Positions 41,747 to 53,197 are shown, numbered from the stretch's first letter. The stretch is DNA of 64,000 nt from an uncultured Chloroflexia bacterium (GCA_963829155.1 CAWHIA010000018.1:13804-77803); one strand, 5' to 3'. Notes: generated by a model from the sequence alone, not told the origin. Program-made: numbers and translations.

Positions 41747-42946
41747 TCAGAAGATCGGCAGTGCGGGCACCCAGTCCGGCCGGTGCGGGTCGTAGAACTC
41801 GTTGACCTCGGCGTTGTCGAGGAAGTGGCGATGGTAGAAGTCGAGCTTGGTCCGATCGAGCTCGACACCGAGGCCCGGCCCGGTCGGGAGGTCGAACCGG
41901 CCGTCGCGATAGACCCACGGCTCGGTGACGATGTCGTCGGCCTGATCGTGATAGTGGCTGTCGATGGCGTAGGTCAGGTTCGGGATCGCACAGGCCAGCT
42001 GCACCATCGCGGCCGTGGAGATCCCGAGCTCCCGGTCGCTGTGCATCCCCAGGCCGAGGTTGAAGGCTTCGACGACCGCGGCCATCTTCTGGTTGGCCCG
42101 GAACCCGCCCCAGTAGTGGACGTCGGCCAGGATCACGTCGACGCTCCGCGCCCGGATGCCCGGCGCGAGCTGGTCCGGCCCGATCAGGCACATGTTCGTC
42201 GCGAACGGGATGCCGGTCGCGGCGCGAGCCTGGCTCATCCCCTCCAGGCCGTTGCACGGATCCTCGAGCCACTGCAGCTCGAAGGCGTCGGCCGTCAGCC
42301 GGCGACCGATCCGCATCGTCGTCTCGACCGACCATGCCGCGTTCGGGTCCCAGACCAGCGGGTCGTCGGGGAACCGGTCGCGCAGCAGGCGCAGGGCGCG
42401 ATACTCCTCGACCGGGGGCAGGACGCCGCCCTTGAGCTTGTGGACCCGGTGGCCGTTGCGCTCGACGAGCTCCTCGGCCCGGTCGAGGATGGCCTCGGCG
42501 GTGTCGACGGCCGGCAGTCGGCCGTCCGCTGACGCGTAGCGGTAGAACAGGTAGCTGGCCACGTCCACCCCGTCGCGGACCGCGCCGCCGAGCAGCGATG
42601 CGACCGACCGGCCGAGGGCCTTCCCGGCGGCATCCAGGCAGGCCATCTCGATCACCGCCCGGACGAGGGGCGGCACGCTCATCTCGTAGCCGATGCAGAA
42701 CACGCCGAGCCGATGCTGGAGGAGCCCGGTCTCGAGCGGGTCGAGCCCGACGACGAACGGCTTCGCGATCTGGAGCGCCTCGACCGTGCGCACGCCGCCG
42801 TACGTCTCCCCGAGCCCGACGATCCCCTCGTCGGTGATCAGCTCGACGATCGTCCTCGTGGTGCCGGTCTCGATGCCCATGCTCCACCGCCACGGCGCCT
42901 CAGCCGGGACGGTCACGGGGGTCGCGCGCAGGTCGACGATCTTCAC
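41747..42946 (-). CDS. Enolase-superfamily enzyme (mandelate racemase / acid-sugar dehydratase-like)
   Basis: The 399 aa product begins MKIVDLRATPVTVP...IVELITDEGIVGLGETYGG. The KLKGG, ...DPN..W and ...LEDP motif pattern fits MR/MLE-type dehydratases. Its GTG start overlaps the SDR stop (GTGA). Confidence 0.85.
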   Translation of the reverse strand: MKIVDLRATPVTVPAEAPWRWSMGIETGTTRTIVELITDEGIVGLGETYGGVRTVEALQIAKPFVVGLDPLETGLLQHRLGVFCIGYEMSVPPLVRAVIEMACLDAAGKALGRSVASLLGGAVRDGVDVASYLFYRYASADGRLPAVDTAEAILDRAEELVERNGHRVHKLKGGVLPPVEEYRALRLLRDRFPDDPLVWDPNAAWSVETTMRIGRRLTADAFELQWLEDPCNGLEGMSQARAATGIPFATNMCLIGPDQLAPGIRARSVDVILADVHYWGGFRANQKMAAVVEAFNLGLGMHSDRELGISTAAMVQLACAIPNLTYAIDSHYHDQADDIVTEPWVYRDGRFDLPTGPGLGVELDRTKLDFYHRHFLDNAEVNEFYDPHRPDWVPALPIF

Positions 42947-43734
42947 GATCCGTCCTCGTACAGGTCGTACAGCCGGCTCAGGATCCCGCCGTCCACCAGG
43001 ACGTGCGTGCCGTTGATGCCGATGGCGTCGTCACTCGCGAGGAACACGGCCGTCCGGGCGATCTCGGAGGGCCGGGCGATCCGGCGGTCCGGGTACTCGC
43101 GCTCGATCCGCGCGCGAAACGCCGCGGGGTCGGCCTGGCTCTCGAAGTAGCGCTGGTTGAGGTCCGTGTCGACGTCGCCGGGGCAGATGGCCACGCACCG
43201 GATCCCCTGGGCCGCGTAGGCGATCGCGGTCGACTTGGTGAGCCCGAGGATCCCGTGCTTGGTCGCCGAGTAGACCGGCAGCATCGCATCGCCGACGAGC
43301 CCGAGGACCGACGAGAGGTTGACGATCACGCCCGAGCCCTGGGCGAGCATCGACGGGAGGACCGCGCGGCTGTAGAGGAACGTGCCAAGGAGGTTGGTGT
43401 CGACGATCGAGCGGAAGTCATCGACCGTCTGGTCCAGGAGCCGCGCTTCGACCTGCACCGCGGCGTTGTTCACCATCACGTCGATCCGCCCGGCCGCGCC
43501 AAGCACGGACGCCACGATCTCGCCGACGCGCGCCTCATCACCCACATCGCCCACGAACCAGCCGACCGGTCCGGCCGATCCCCGGATGGCCTCGGCGGTC
43601 GCCCGGGTCCGATCGGGGTCGCGTCCCACGATGAACACGCGCGCGCCCTCGGCCGCGTAGGCCTCGGCGATCGCCCGACCGATGCCGCGACCGCCCCCGG
43701 TCACGATCGCGACCCGGGCCTCGAGTCTCCCCAT
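42943..43734 (-). CDS. SDR-family oxidoreductase
   Basis: The protein reads VAIVTGGGRGIGRAIA..., ...NNAAV..., and the catalytic YSATKHG. Confidence 0.9.
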   Translation of the reverse strand: MGRLEARVAIVTGGGRGIGRAIAEAYAAEGARVFIVGRDPDRTRATAEAIRGSAGPVGWFVGDVGDEARVGEIVASVLGAAGRIDVMVNNAAVQVEARLLDQTVDDFRSIVDTNLLGTFLYSRAVLPSMLAQGSGVIVNLSSVLGLVGDAMLPVYSATKHGILGLTKSTAIAYAAQGIRCVAICPGDVDTDLNQRYFESQADPAAFRARIEREYPDRRIARPSEIARTAVFLASDDAIGINGTHVLVDGGILSRLYDLYEDGS

Positions 43735-43742
43735 GTGGCCTC

Positions 43743-44759
43743 CTACCCTCGGCCGTGGACCACGCCGTCCGCGACCCCTTCGACCGAGCTGACGCCGTCG
43801 AAGGCGATGAACCGGACCTCAGTCTCGATGGCTTCGCCGGGCGCGAGGGTCCGGGCCCGCCCCACGGCAATGACCTCGTCGAGCCTCGCCGGATGCGCTG
43901 TCCACGCTTCGAGCGCGATCGCATACACCCCTCGCCAGCCGCCGTAGACGCCCCACAGCCACGCCACCGGGAAGACATCCGGATCGAAGGACATGGCGAA
44001 GCCCGACCGGCTCGCCGGGTCGGTGACGGCCAGCCAGCCGTCCGAGAGCTCGTCGACGAACACGAGCTCCCACGACGGTGGATCGGGTGCGCGCGCCACC
44101 GACAGGTCGATCGGACCGCCGGCCGCCGGCAGGTTCGGCCACGGAAACCGGGTCCCCGGTGCGACGCCGAGGTCGGCGTGGCCCTCGTGGAACGTCCCCG
44201 TCCGGCCGGGGACCTGCACCAGCGCGCCGGGTCGGACGGCGAGTCCCGGGTGGATCCCCCACATGAACGGCATCGGCTCGTACCCGACGTTGCTCAGGCG
44301 ATGGCTGGATCGGACGAACGACTCGCCGGCGCGGAGCTCCATCCGACGCTCGATCCGGAACGGCGTGATGATCCCCGCGCAGCCCAGCTCGACCGCGACC
44401 GCGTCCGGACCATCGGCCGCGATCCGGCTCGACCAGGCCTGCGACCACACCTCGCCCAGGAACGGGAGCTGCTCGCCGCCGACCATCGCCGGATGACCGG
44501 TCGGGACGATCTCGTCGATCCCGCCCGTCCACCAGTCGTCCGGGTTCGCGCCGAAGACGGGCGGCCGGACGTCGAGCCGCGGATGGTGGTACAGCAGGTC
44601 ACGGTCGGCGGCCTTGGACACGAACTCCACGATCCTGGCCCCGTGCGTGGGGAGCACCGTCATCCGGACGCGGTCGTTCTCGAGCACGACGGCCGGGAAC
44701 CCGCGGTAGGTCCACGCATCGGTGATCCAGGCGCCCGAGCCGAAGTCCGGCCGGCTCAC
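43743..44759 (-). CDS. Aldose-epimerase/mutarotase-fold-like protein (uncertain)
   Basis: The intact 338 aa ORF has a GTG start overlapping the upstream stop (GTGA). It reads ...VVLENDRVRMTVLPTHGARIVEF......DLLYHHP. The family assignment is tentative. Confidence 0.5.
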   Translation of the reverse strand: MSRPDFGSGAWITDAWTYRGFPAVVLENDRVRMTVLPTHGARIVEFVSKAADRDLLYHHPRLDVRPPVFGANPDDWWTGGIDEIVPTGHPAMVGGEQLPFLGEVWSQAWSSRIAADGPDAVAVELGCAGIITPFRIERRMELRAGESFVRSSHRLSNVGYEPMPFMWGIHPGLAVRPGALVQVPGRTGTFHEGHADLGVAPGTRFPWPNLPAAGGPIDLSVARAPDPPSWELVFVDELSDGWLAVTDPASRSGFAMSFDPDVFPVAWLWGVYGGWRGVYAIALEAWTAHPARLDEVIAVGRARTLAPGEAIETEVRFIAFDGVSSVEGVADGVVHGRG

Positions 44760-46087
44760 CGCAACGTCTCACCGGCGGCTGCTGCGGCCGCCTCGGCCGT
44801 CGCGTCGATGTCGGCGTCGCCGTGGGCCGTCGAGACGTACCACAGGCCGCGCGGCGTCGCGTGGACCCCGTGGGCCAGCAGCGCCTCGATGAACCGGCCA
44901 TGCGCCGCCGGGTCGCCCGTCCGATCGCGGACCGAGCGGATGGCGGCGGGCTCGTCGACGGCCGTGTGGACGATCGGCCCGAGCTGGCGGACCGTCAGCC
45001 GCGGGGATGCGGCCCGGAGCGCCGCCGCCAGCCGCTCGCCAAGCCGGTCGAGCTCCGGATACAGGCGCGCCCGGTGCTCGACGAGGTGGCTGAGCGTCGC
45101 GACCCCGGCGGCCATCGCGATCGGGTTGCCGTTGAACGTTCCGTTGTGGGCCAGGCGGCCGTCGGCGATCGGCGCCATGATCGAGCGGGACCCGGTCACC
45201 GCGCTCAGCGCGATCCCACCTGCGATCGCCTTGGCGAACACCGCGAGGTCGGCACGCACGCCCGTCCGCTCCTGTGCACCCCCGAGCGCGACGCGGAACC
45301 CGGTGATGACCTCGTCGAACACGAGGAGCGCCCCGGAACGGCTCGCGGCCTGGCGGAGCGCCTCGAGGAACCCGTCCTGGGCCACGATCAGGCCGCCGTT
45401 GACCGCGACGGGCTCGCACAGGATGGCGGCCACGGCCGACGGGTGCTCGGCGAGGATCCGCTCGACCGAGGCGATGTCGTTCCATTGGGCGACGACGACG
45501 TCGGCCAACGCGGCGGGCGGGATCCCAGGGGTCGCGGGGACCGTCGCGGGACGGTCCGCCGGGCCGGACCGGCCCGGGTCGAACCCGGTGCTGGCGAACA
45601 CGCCGTCGAACCAGCCGTGATAGTGGCCCTCGAACTTGATGACGAGGTCGCGACCGGTCACGACCCGCGCCAGGCGGATGGCCGCGGCAACGGCTTCGCT
45701 CCCGGTGGTCGCGAAGATCGCCTGGTCCGCTCCAGGGACCGTCTGGACCAGGAGCTCGGCCAGCTGCGGCTCGAGGCGGTGCTGCGAGCCGAAGGTGAGC
45801 CCCCGCTCGAGCTGGGGCGCGATGGCGTCGCGGACGACGATCGGAGCATGGCCCAGGATGAGCGGCCCGTAGCCCAGGGCGTAGTCGACGTACCGGTTGC
45901 CGTCGACATCCCACACGTAGGGGCCCTGACCTCGATCGAGATACAGCGGGTGGGGCCGCGCCCCGGCCCTGATGGACGACGTGACGCCGCCCGGGATGAC
46001 GGCCCGCGAGGCCTCGAACAGGGCCTGCGACGTCGGGAACGGTGAGGAAGGCCCGGTCGCGGCCGGCGTGGGTTCCACGACGCTCAC
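44756..46087 (-). CDS. Class-III (omega) aminotransferase, glutamate-1-semialdehyde aminomutase-like
   Basis: GTG 46087 overlaps the stop of the upstream gene (GTGA). The protein reads ...AVIPGGVTSS.R......P.YLDRGQGPYVWDVDGNRYVDY..GYGPLILGH...VFDEVITGFR... Confidence 0.85.
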   Translation of the reverse strand: MSVVEPTPAATGPSSPFPTSQALFEASRAVIPGGVTSSIRAGARPHPLYLDRGQGPYVWDVDGNRYVDYALGYGPLILGHAPIVVRDAIAPQLERGLTFGSQHRLEPQLAELLVQTVPGADQAIFATTGSEAVAAAIRLARVVTGRDLVIKFEGHYHGWFDGVFASTGFDPGRSGPADRPATVPATPGIPPAALADVVVAQWNDIASVERILAEHPSAVAAILCEPVAVNGGLIVAQDGFLEALRQAASRSGALLVFDEVITGFRVALGGAQERTGVRADLAVFAKAIAGGIALSAVTGSRSIMAPIADGRLAHNGTFNGNPIAMAAGVATLSHLVEHRARLYPELDRLGERLAAALRAASPRLTVRQLGPIVHTAVDEPAAIRSVRDRTGDPAAHGRFIEALLAHGVHATPRGLWYVSTAHGDADIDATAEAAAAAAGETLR

Positions 46088-48212
46088 CGGGTCAGCCGGA
46101 GGCTGAAGCGAAACATCGCGTCGTCCTCGTACCACTGGGGAAAGTCGGTGCCCCAGAGGTTGTTGTGGAGGTTGAAGTGGAGACCGTCGCGCAGGTCGGG
46201 TTGGCGGTTCCCGAAGTCAATGAGGCTCGGCCGTCCGGGCGCGACAAGGGGCGCATCGAGCGTCTCGACCGACACCGCGTGCTGCCCGTCGTCGGCGCAC
46301 AGGCCGCTCCCGACCGCATGCAGACGCCGATTGCCGTTTCGCACGACATCCAGCGGCGAGACCCACTCGCCGAGCTTGTCCATTCGCCAGCTCCGACGCC
46401 AGCGTGGGCCGTGATCCGGCAGGACGAACGAGAACCAGGCGGCCTCCGGGAGCCGGCTCGCCGGCTTGTCGAACCACTGGACGACGAAGTCGACGCGGGG
46501 TTCGGCGCGCGGAAACACGACCTCGATCGACAGCTGCCCCGGTGCGCCGAATCGCTCGTGTGCCTCGGCCGGGAGATCCAGGAGCAGCAGGATCGACTCC
46601 TGCTGGTCTTCGATGCGTCGACCAGACCAGGTCACCCGGGGCCGGAAGACGCGGTGCTCGCTCGCTTCGCCTTCGATCCCCGGCTTGGTGAAATCGGGGC
46701 GGGCATACCAGCTCGTGGTCCGCTTGTTGATCAGGTACTGCCGGCGAAAGCGTGCATAGTCCGCAGCCGAGTAGGTCTCGTACCAGAACGTCCCCAGCGG
46801 GCTGGCTGGTCCGGCCCAATCCGTGTCGCCCGATTGCAGCCTGATGAGGGAGCCGACCCGCTGGTCGAAGGCGACGCTGAATTGCTCGGTCTGGAGCGGC
46901 TGGGACAGGTCCGCGATCCGCTCGTAGGCGGTGGCATCCGGACGCGCCGGCGTGAGCTGGGCGAGGACGTCGGCCGCCTCGGATCGCCGGCGCTCGGGTA
47001 GGGCGGACACTGCCGCCCCAAGATAGTCGCGCTGCTCCTGCCAAGAAGCCTCCATCCGTCGGAAGTTCGGCTGCCCGCGCACGGCCTGGAAGTCGCCCCG
47101 GCTGTAGTGGGTCCAGTCGTTCAGGTGCGTCTTGACGTCGAGGCCGTTCGTGTGCTCCGGGACCAGCAGGAGGTTGCTGCTGAAGCCCTCGAGCTCCGTC
47201 CCCGATGCGCCCGATCCGAGCCACGCCTGGCGGAGACGGAGGAGGGCCCGGTACTGCGCCTGCTTCTGTGGATCGCTGGCGACGCCGTAGATCCAGGTAT
47301 CGCCGATCTCCTCGGTGATGACCGGCAGGCTGTCGCGAATCGAGCGAAGTCGCTCGGCGAATGCGTCCATCGTCGACGCCTGGATCCGTGCGTCCGGAAA
47401 GCGTGCCGCCAGCGTGCGGTAGACGTCCTCGAGCTGGTCGGCGGACTGCGGTCCGACGTTGTCGTCGGTGTGGGCGAACGCCAGGGCGTCGGCCAGGCCG
47501 GGCACGACCATCACGTCGCCGTAGTTGCCCTGGTACATCACGACGATCTCGGCCCCGCTCGCTGGATCCCGCCAGACGAACACGGGCGGGACGTCGGGCG
47601 GCGTGGACGCGGCATTGACTCCGATATGGAGGAACTCGACGCGGGCCTCGGCGAGCAGGGGGACGATGCCGCGCGTGTGCCCGGGGACGTCGGTCATCTT
47701 GGCCGCGATCGTGCGCTTGCCGAACCGCGCATCCAGTCGCTGGGACAAGCTGAGCCCGAACCGGAACAGGGACGCGTCCATGTTCTCGCTGAACAGGCTG
47801 AACGGCAAAGCATGCCAGGCAACGTCCCCGGCCTCGATCGCGGCTTCCATCCGCCTGCGACCAGCTCCGTCGGCTCGCTCGAGGTACTCGTGGATCAGCC
47901 ACGAGCCCGTCGTCCAGATGAATCCCGTCGACGGCTGGTCCGTCGGCGTCCGGCCCTCCCTGGCCCGGCCGCGCGCATCTGTTCGCTGAGGGAGATCGCC
48001 TTGGGGATGAACTCGTCCATGTACCTCGCGACGATGGTCGACGCGAAGTCGCTGAACCCGATGTCGAGGTGGGTCTTGAACACGACGTGCACGCGATCGA
48101 CCGCCTGGTTGACGGCTCGGCTCCTGATCGGCGGTGAAAAGCGCTGCGCCGATCCACGACCGTTCAGGCCATCCGCGACGTGCCGACGCTCGGCGGACCC
48201 GATCGTGCTCAC
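46084..48212 (-). pseudogene. Glycoside-hydrolase family 38 N-terminal-like (DUF5054-like) protein, one frame break
   Basis: A GGAGG RBS precedes GTG 48212. The N-terminal part reads ...DRVHVVFKTHLDIGFSDFASTIVARYMDEFIPKAISLSEQMR, in the ORF 47895..48284 frame. The text continues as ...STGFIWTTGSWLIHEYLERA...MEAAIEAGDVAWHALPFSLFSE... in the ORF 46084..47850 frame. The junction lies near 47955-47972 and is a net -1 or two +1 shifts. Confidence 0.7.
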
Positions 48213-48555
48213 GTACCCCACCTCCGCACTGGGCGCAATCCGCTGCCGGTCGGGTCGGCCGTACGCGACGGTCTGGGAGGCCACACTCGGCCGAGGATTC
48301 GGAGGCCCGGGCGCCGATGCGATCCGATTGTTAGTGACCGAAACCCCGCATTGGTCAGACGAACCGTGTTCAAACCTAGCATCGCCAATCGGACAGTGTC
48401 AAGGCAAGGCACGTGAAGTTGACCGGCATCCGATTCACTTTCTATGCTCGAAGTCCTCGTTCACGACGGTGAACCTCGCTTGCCGAGTGACGGGCCGCGG
48501 AGGCACGCTCGAGCATGCACCTGACGACCGGTCAATCGTCCGAGATCGAGTCCGC

Positions 48556-49701
48556 ATGAGCTCGATGGTCGAGCGTCCGCTCCGGGTCGGGCTGATCGGG
48601 TGCGGCAACGTCGCCCTCGGTGACCACGTCCCGGCCTACCTCGCGATGCCCGATCGGTACCGCCTCGTCGCGATCGCAGATCCGACGCCCGAACGCCTCG
48701 AGCTCGGCGGCGTCGCGAGCGGCCTGGGGCCCGATGATCGGCACGCCGACGCGGCGGCCCTGCTCGCGCGGTCGGATCTCGATCTCATCGACGTCTGCAC
48801 GCCACAGAACGTCCATCGCGACCTGGTCATCGCCGCCGCGAACAGCGGACGTCATGTCCTGTCCGAGAAGCCGCTCGCGACGACGCCGCGCGACGCGTGG
48901 GCGATGGTCGAGGCGGCGCAGGCGGCGGACCGGACGCTGGCGATCATGCATAACTACCTGTTCTTCAACGAGGTCGTCCGGACGCTCGAGCTGATCGCCG
49001 CCGGCGAGATCGGGCCCGTCGAGGTCGCCATCCTCAACTGGCTCGGGGTCCGCGACTACCCGGGCAACGCCGCCTACAGGCCGACCTGGCGCCACGACAG
49101 CCGGCAGGCAGGCGGCGGCGTGCTGATGGACATGCTCCACATCGTCTACCTGGCAGAGGCGCTCCTCGGCGCTCCGATCGAGCGGGTGTCCGCCTGGGTC
49201 ACCGCGCGGACAGACGACGCGCCGGTCGAGGACATCGCCCTGGCCCGGTTCGAGACGTCGACCAACGCCGCCCTCGTCAACGTCGGCTGGGGCCTCGGGA
49301 TGGGCGGCTTTGGCGTGTCCGGCCCGCTCGGTCGGATCGAGGTGACCTACGAGGATGGCGGGAACGGCGCGTTCGTCCCGCACGATCGACTCGTCGTCCA
49401 CGGTCGAAGTGGTCGCGCCGAGGTGACCGCCATGCCATTCGACGATGGTGTCCGACCGCTCATCGCCGACCTGGCCGACAGGATCCGCGCCGGTCGCCCC
49501 CCGATCGCGAGCGGCGCGCAGGGGGCGCACATCCTCGAGGCGACACTGGCCGTGTACGCCAGTGGCGCGACCGGCCGGACCTGGGAGCTGCCGCTGATCC
49601 CGGGTTCGCCCCTCTTCGAGCGCGGCGTCGCCGGTCTCGCCGAGCTCGACCTGTCCCCGTCGAGCCCGATCCGGACCAGGCGGATCTTCGGCCTCGGGTA
49701 G
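48556..49701 (+). CDS. Gfo/Idh/MocA-family NAD(P)-dependent oxidoreductase
   Basis: The ATG at 48556 gives MSSMVERPLRVGLIGCGNVALGDH...DVCTP...H.....AA..GRHVLSEKPLA. The product is 381 aa. Confidence 0.9.
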   Translation: MSSMVERPLRVGLIGCGNVALGDHVPAYLAMPDRYRLVAIADPTPERLELGGVASGLGPDDRHADAAALLARSDLDLIDVCTPQNVHRDLVIAAANSGRHVLSEKPLATTPRDAWAMVEAAQAADRTLAIMHNYLFFNEVVRTLELIAAGEIGPVEVAILNWLGVRDYPGNAAYRPTWRHDSRQAGGGVLMDMLHIVYLAEALLGAPIERVSAWVTARTDDAPVEDIALARFETSTNAALVNVGWGLGMGGFGVSGPLGRIEVTYEDGGNGAFVPHDRLVVHGRSGRAEVTAMPFDDGVRPLIADLADRIRAGRPPIASGAQGAHILEATLAVYASGATGRTWELPLIPGSPLFERGVAGLAELDLSPSSPIRTRRIFGLG

Positions 49702-49710
49702 GGTCCGCCG

Positions 49711-50587
49711 ATGGATGACGCGCTCGAGCTCATCGTCGACGCGCACGCCTCGCTTGGCGAGAGCCCGGTCTGGGACGAGCGTCAGCGGCGGCTGTGGTGG
49801 GTCGACCTCCTCGGCGGGATCGTCCACGCGACCGACCCGGTCACCGGCGAGGACCGGCAGATCCCCGTCGGCCAGCCGATCGGCGCCATCGCCCTTCGTG
49901 AATCGGGCCGCCCGATCCTGGCGGTCCGGGACGGATACGCCACCCTCGACTCGATCGAACGGGAGGCTCGACCTGATCGCGCCGATCGCGCCGGACGACC
50001 CGGGCATCCGGATGAATGACGGCAAGGTCGGGCCGGATGGCGGGTTCTGGGCCGGGTCGATGGCCGCCGACGAGGGTCCAGGCCGGGGCCGCCTTCATCG
50101 GCTCGATCCCGACGGCACGGTGACCGAGGTCCTGGCCGACCTCACGATCCCGAACGGGCTCGACTGGACGGCCGATGGACGCGAGCTCCTGTTCATCGAC
50201 ACGCCCACGCGACGCGTGGATCGCTTCGACGTCGATCCGACCGGTCGAGCCATCTCGGGCCGGCGTCCCGCGGTCGAGATCGCCACGGGGCATGGCTGGC
50301 CGGACGGGATGACCATCGATGCGGCGGGATTCCTGTGGGTCTGCCTGTGGGACGGCTGGGCCGTCGAGCGATTCGCACCGGACGGAACGATCGACCGGCG
50401 CGTCGAGCTCCCCGCCGCGCAGGTCACGAGCTGCACCTTCGGGGGGCCGGACCTTGACGAGCTGTACATCACGACCGGGCAGGAGGGATTTCCTCCCGGA
50501 GGCCTCCCGGAGCAACCGCATGCCGGTGGCCTGTTCCGCTATCGGGCCGGCGTGAAGGGTCGGCCCACGCGACGGTTCGCGGGCTGA
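49711..50587 (+). pseudogene. SMP-30/gluconolactonase/LRE-family lactonase, one +1 frame break
   Basis: The N-terminal part reads MDDALELIVDAHASLGESPVWDERQRRLWWVDLLGG.VH..DP, in the ORF 49711 frame. The text continues as ...RMNDGKVGPDGGFWAGSM...PNGLDWTADGRELLFIDT...PDGMTIDAAGFLWVCLWDG..V.RF.PDG...TSCTFGGPDLDELYITT in the ORF 49715 frame. The break lies near 49948-49960. Confidence 0.8.
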
Positions 50588-50607
50588 CGCGCACGCCCGA
50601 CCCGTCG

Positions 50608-53197
50608 TCAGGCCACGGCGCGTGATGGGTCGATCTCGGGGGCCGGCGGGCCGAGCACCTCGTCGATGAGAGGGTCACCGAGTGCTCGCGCGGACGTCAG
50701 GTCGAACCGGTCGAGCACGCCGTGCGTCCTGGCGGCGTGGATCGCGCACGCGCGCAGCCAAGCGCAGCGCCACTGCGCGCCCGGATCCTCGACCAGGTCT
50801 CGTAGCCATCCCACCAGGTCAACGGAGTCGGACGGCGCGGGCAGCCAGCGCAGCCGCTGACCGTCGGCGAGGCCTGGCTGCACGCAGGCGAGCACGGCCC
50901 GCGACTCGTCAGCGGCCAGCATCACCCCGAGCGCCTCGAGGGCCAGGGCCAGGTTCGGCGCCTCGGGCGCGACGCCGACCATCACCGGACCCAGTCGCTG
51001 CGTGCCGTGGCGAGCGAGCCGGTTGGCCACGACGCGCCGCCGGACGAGGTCCAGCTCGTCCCGCAGGGCTCGCCGGAGGATCCCGGGAGGTGCGTATGGG
51101 TCGTCGCTGGCGTCGCCCAGGGCGACGAGCGCCGCCAGGATTCGTCCCGCGTGGCCGGCGTCGTCGGCGAGGACCGCGTCGAGGAGACCGACGGACTGGG
51201 CGGGCGTCGCGGCAGGCGATGCGAGCCGTGTCATCACCACCAGCCCCAGCTCGCGGTCCGGGTGGCCGACGTGGCGCCGGAGCACGTCGTCGCGCATGGG
51301 CGTCGGCGTCGCCGCCGACCGGACGAGGCGCATGACCAGCGGCGAGGCGGGCGATCCGGCCTCGTTCAGCAGCGCGTCCATCGTCGGGACGAGGGCGTCG
51401 CCGAGTCGCTCGACGGCACCCGCCGCGGCCTCGAGGGATCCCGGATCGTCGAGGGCCGCGACGACCGCGGGAACGGCGTCCACGTCGCCGGCCTGAACCG
51501 CATCGAGCGCGGCGCGCCGGACCGCCAGGTCGTCGTCGATCAGCAGGTGCCGACGCGGCGGCCCGCTCGGTCGCGTCGAGCGTCCCGAGCGCGCCGGCGG
51601 CGCTGACCCGGACCGCCACGTCGGACGACCCTGCCGCGCTCCGGACCTCGAGCGCCAGCTGATGCCGGGCCGGCTCGTCCCCGGCTGCCGCGAGGCCGGC
51701 GAGCCCCGGCAGCCGGACCGCCGGGTCGGGATCGCGGCTCAGCACGGCCAGGTCTGCGGCGAGCCCCGGCGACGACATCGACCCCGCGAGCTCGACCCCG
51801 AGCCGCACGGCGCGCGCGTCGCCACTGGCCAGCAGGTCACGCGCCGTTGCCACGTGGTCGGCGGTCGCTTCGAACGCGGCGTCCGGATCGAGGTGTCTGC
51901 GGCGGTCCAGCGCAGCGACGAGCGCGGGCGCGTAGGCGCGGTAGAGCACGACGGCCACCCACGTCCAGATGCCGCACACGAGGATGGTGACGACGATCAA
52001 CGCCACGAGGGCGGCGGGAAGTGCGTTGATGACCAGGATCAGCACGCCTGAGATGCCGATCGCGAACGGGACGCCGATCCCTTCGACGGTGGTCTGGACC
52101 GCCAGGCGGCCGCGACCCGGCAGGACCTGGTACATCGCGTTGATCGAGGTCCGTGTCGTGCCGTCCGTGAGCGCGATGTCCGCGATCCGGGTCGCGGAGG
52201 CGATCGCGAGCAGCGCCAGCGAGCCTGCCCCCGACAGCGCGTACACGACGAGCATGCCGACGGCGAGGATCGTGACCACGAACGGGTTCGCCACGACGCC
52301 GAGCCTGAGCCCGAACCGCTGCAGGAGCGGGCCTGCGAGCACGAACAGGAAGGCGATGGCCACCGCGTTCATGACCGCGGTGTAGCCGGCCATGAAGCGG
52401 GCGAGATCGGCGGTCGCGGGGTATTGGGCGGTCGCCCGGTCGAGGACCAGGAAGTCGGAGAGCTGGCTGCCGAGGGCGGAGAGGACCTGGTACGCCAGGA
52501 TCAGCGCGACGAACCGGCTCCGCAACAGCCGCCGGGTCGAGGGGGCGGCCGCGGGATCGTCGGCGACGCGCGGGCGCTCGATCGTCGTCCCGCCGCGCCC
52601 GGAGTCGGCGAGCTCGGCCGGGTGACGACGCTCCGTCGCCAGCACGAGCAGGGCGAACGTCGCCTGGGCGACTGCCGTCGCGAGCAACAGCGACTCCGTC
52701 CGACCGGTCACGGAGACCAGCCAGCCGCCGAGCAGGCCCCCGGCGACGGCACCGACCGGAAACCCCGCCATGATGCGCGGGAAGCTCCGCTTGATCCCCG
52801 AGATGTCCAGCAGCCGGCCGGCCTGGGCGCCGATGAACACGAACCCGAGCTGGATCAGGATCGGGAACAGCACCAGCAGCGGGGCGGACACCCACGCCCC
52901 GTCTCCGCCCGCGGCGACGAGCCACGCGGCGGCGATGAGGGCCGCGGCTCCGCCCAGCACGGACACGGCGATCCGCACGAGGTCGAACCGCTGCGCGCTG
53001 CGGGCGACGACGCCGGAGACCGCGAACCCGACCACGCCGATCGCGATGTACGTCACGGGCAGCCACGCCGAGCCGTAGGCGTCCAGGAACATCGCGTTGG
53101 CGACGATCCCGAGCAGCGCGGCCATCGCGCCGAAGACCAGCGACTGCGACGTCAGCCACCGCACGGCCGCCCGCTCGGCTCCCGCGGGACCGGTCAC
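50608..53197 (-). pseudogene. Multi-pass (MFS-like) membrane protein fused to a HEAT/armadillo-like repeat domain, one +1 frame break
   Basis: GTG 53197 overlaps the upstream stop (GTGA). About 12 TM segments lie in ORF 50909..53197, followed by helical repeats (DPAVRL.....AAG...VRVSAAGALG). The text continues as ...LLIDDDLAVRRAALDAVQAGDVDAVPAVVAALDD... in the ORF 50608..51483 frame. The break lies near 51545-51556. Confidence 0.7.

Noticed and set aside
48290-48540. I scanned the few lower-GC intergenic stretches (48.3-48.5 kb, 35.27-35.6 kb, 18.1-18.5 kb, 57.1-57.25 kb) for tRNA, rRNA or riboswitch-like genes.
   Set aside because: I could recognise by eye no T-loop or anticodon-arm pattern, no rRNA-like sequence and no known riboswitch core.
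48213-48555. A lower-GC divergent intergenic region with TGACCG-type half-sites: TGACCG-N12-TGGTCA near 48343-48366, TTGACCGG near 48419 and GACCGGTC near 48525.
   Set aside because: It is plausibly a promoter/operator region for the divergent operons. However, the sites are short and degenerate, and I cannot tie them to a regulator.
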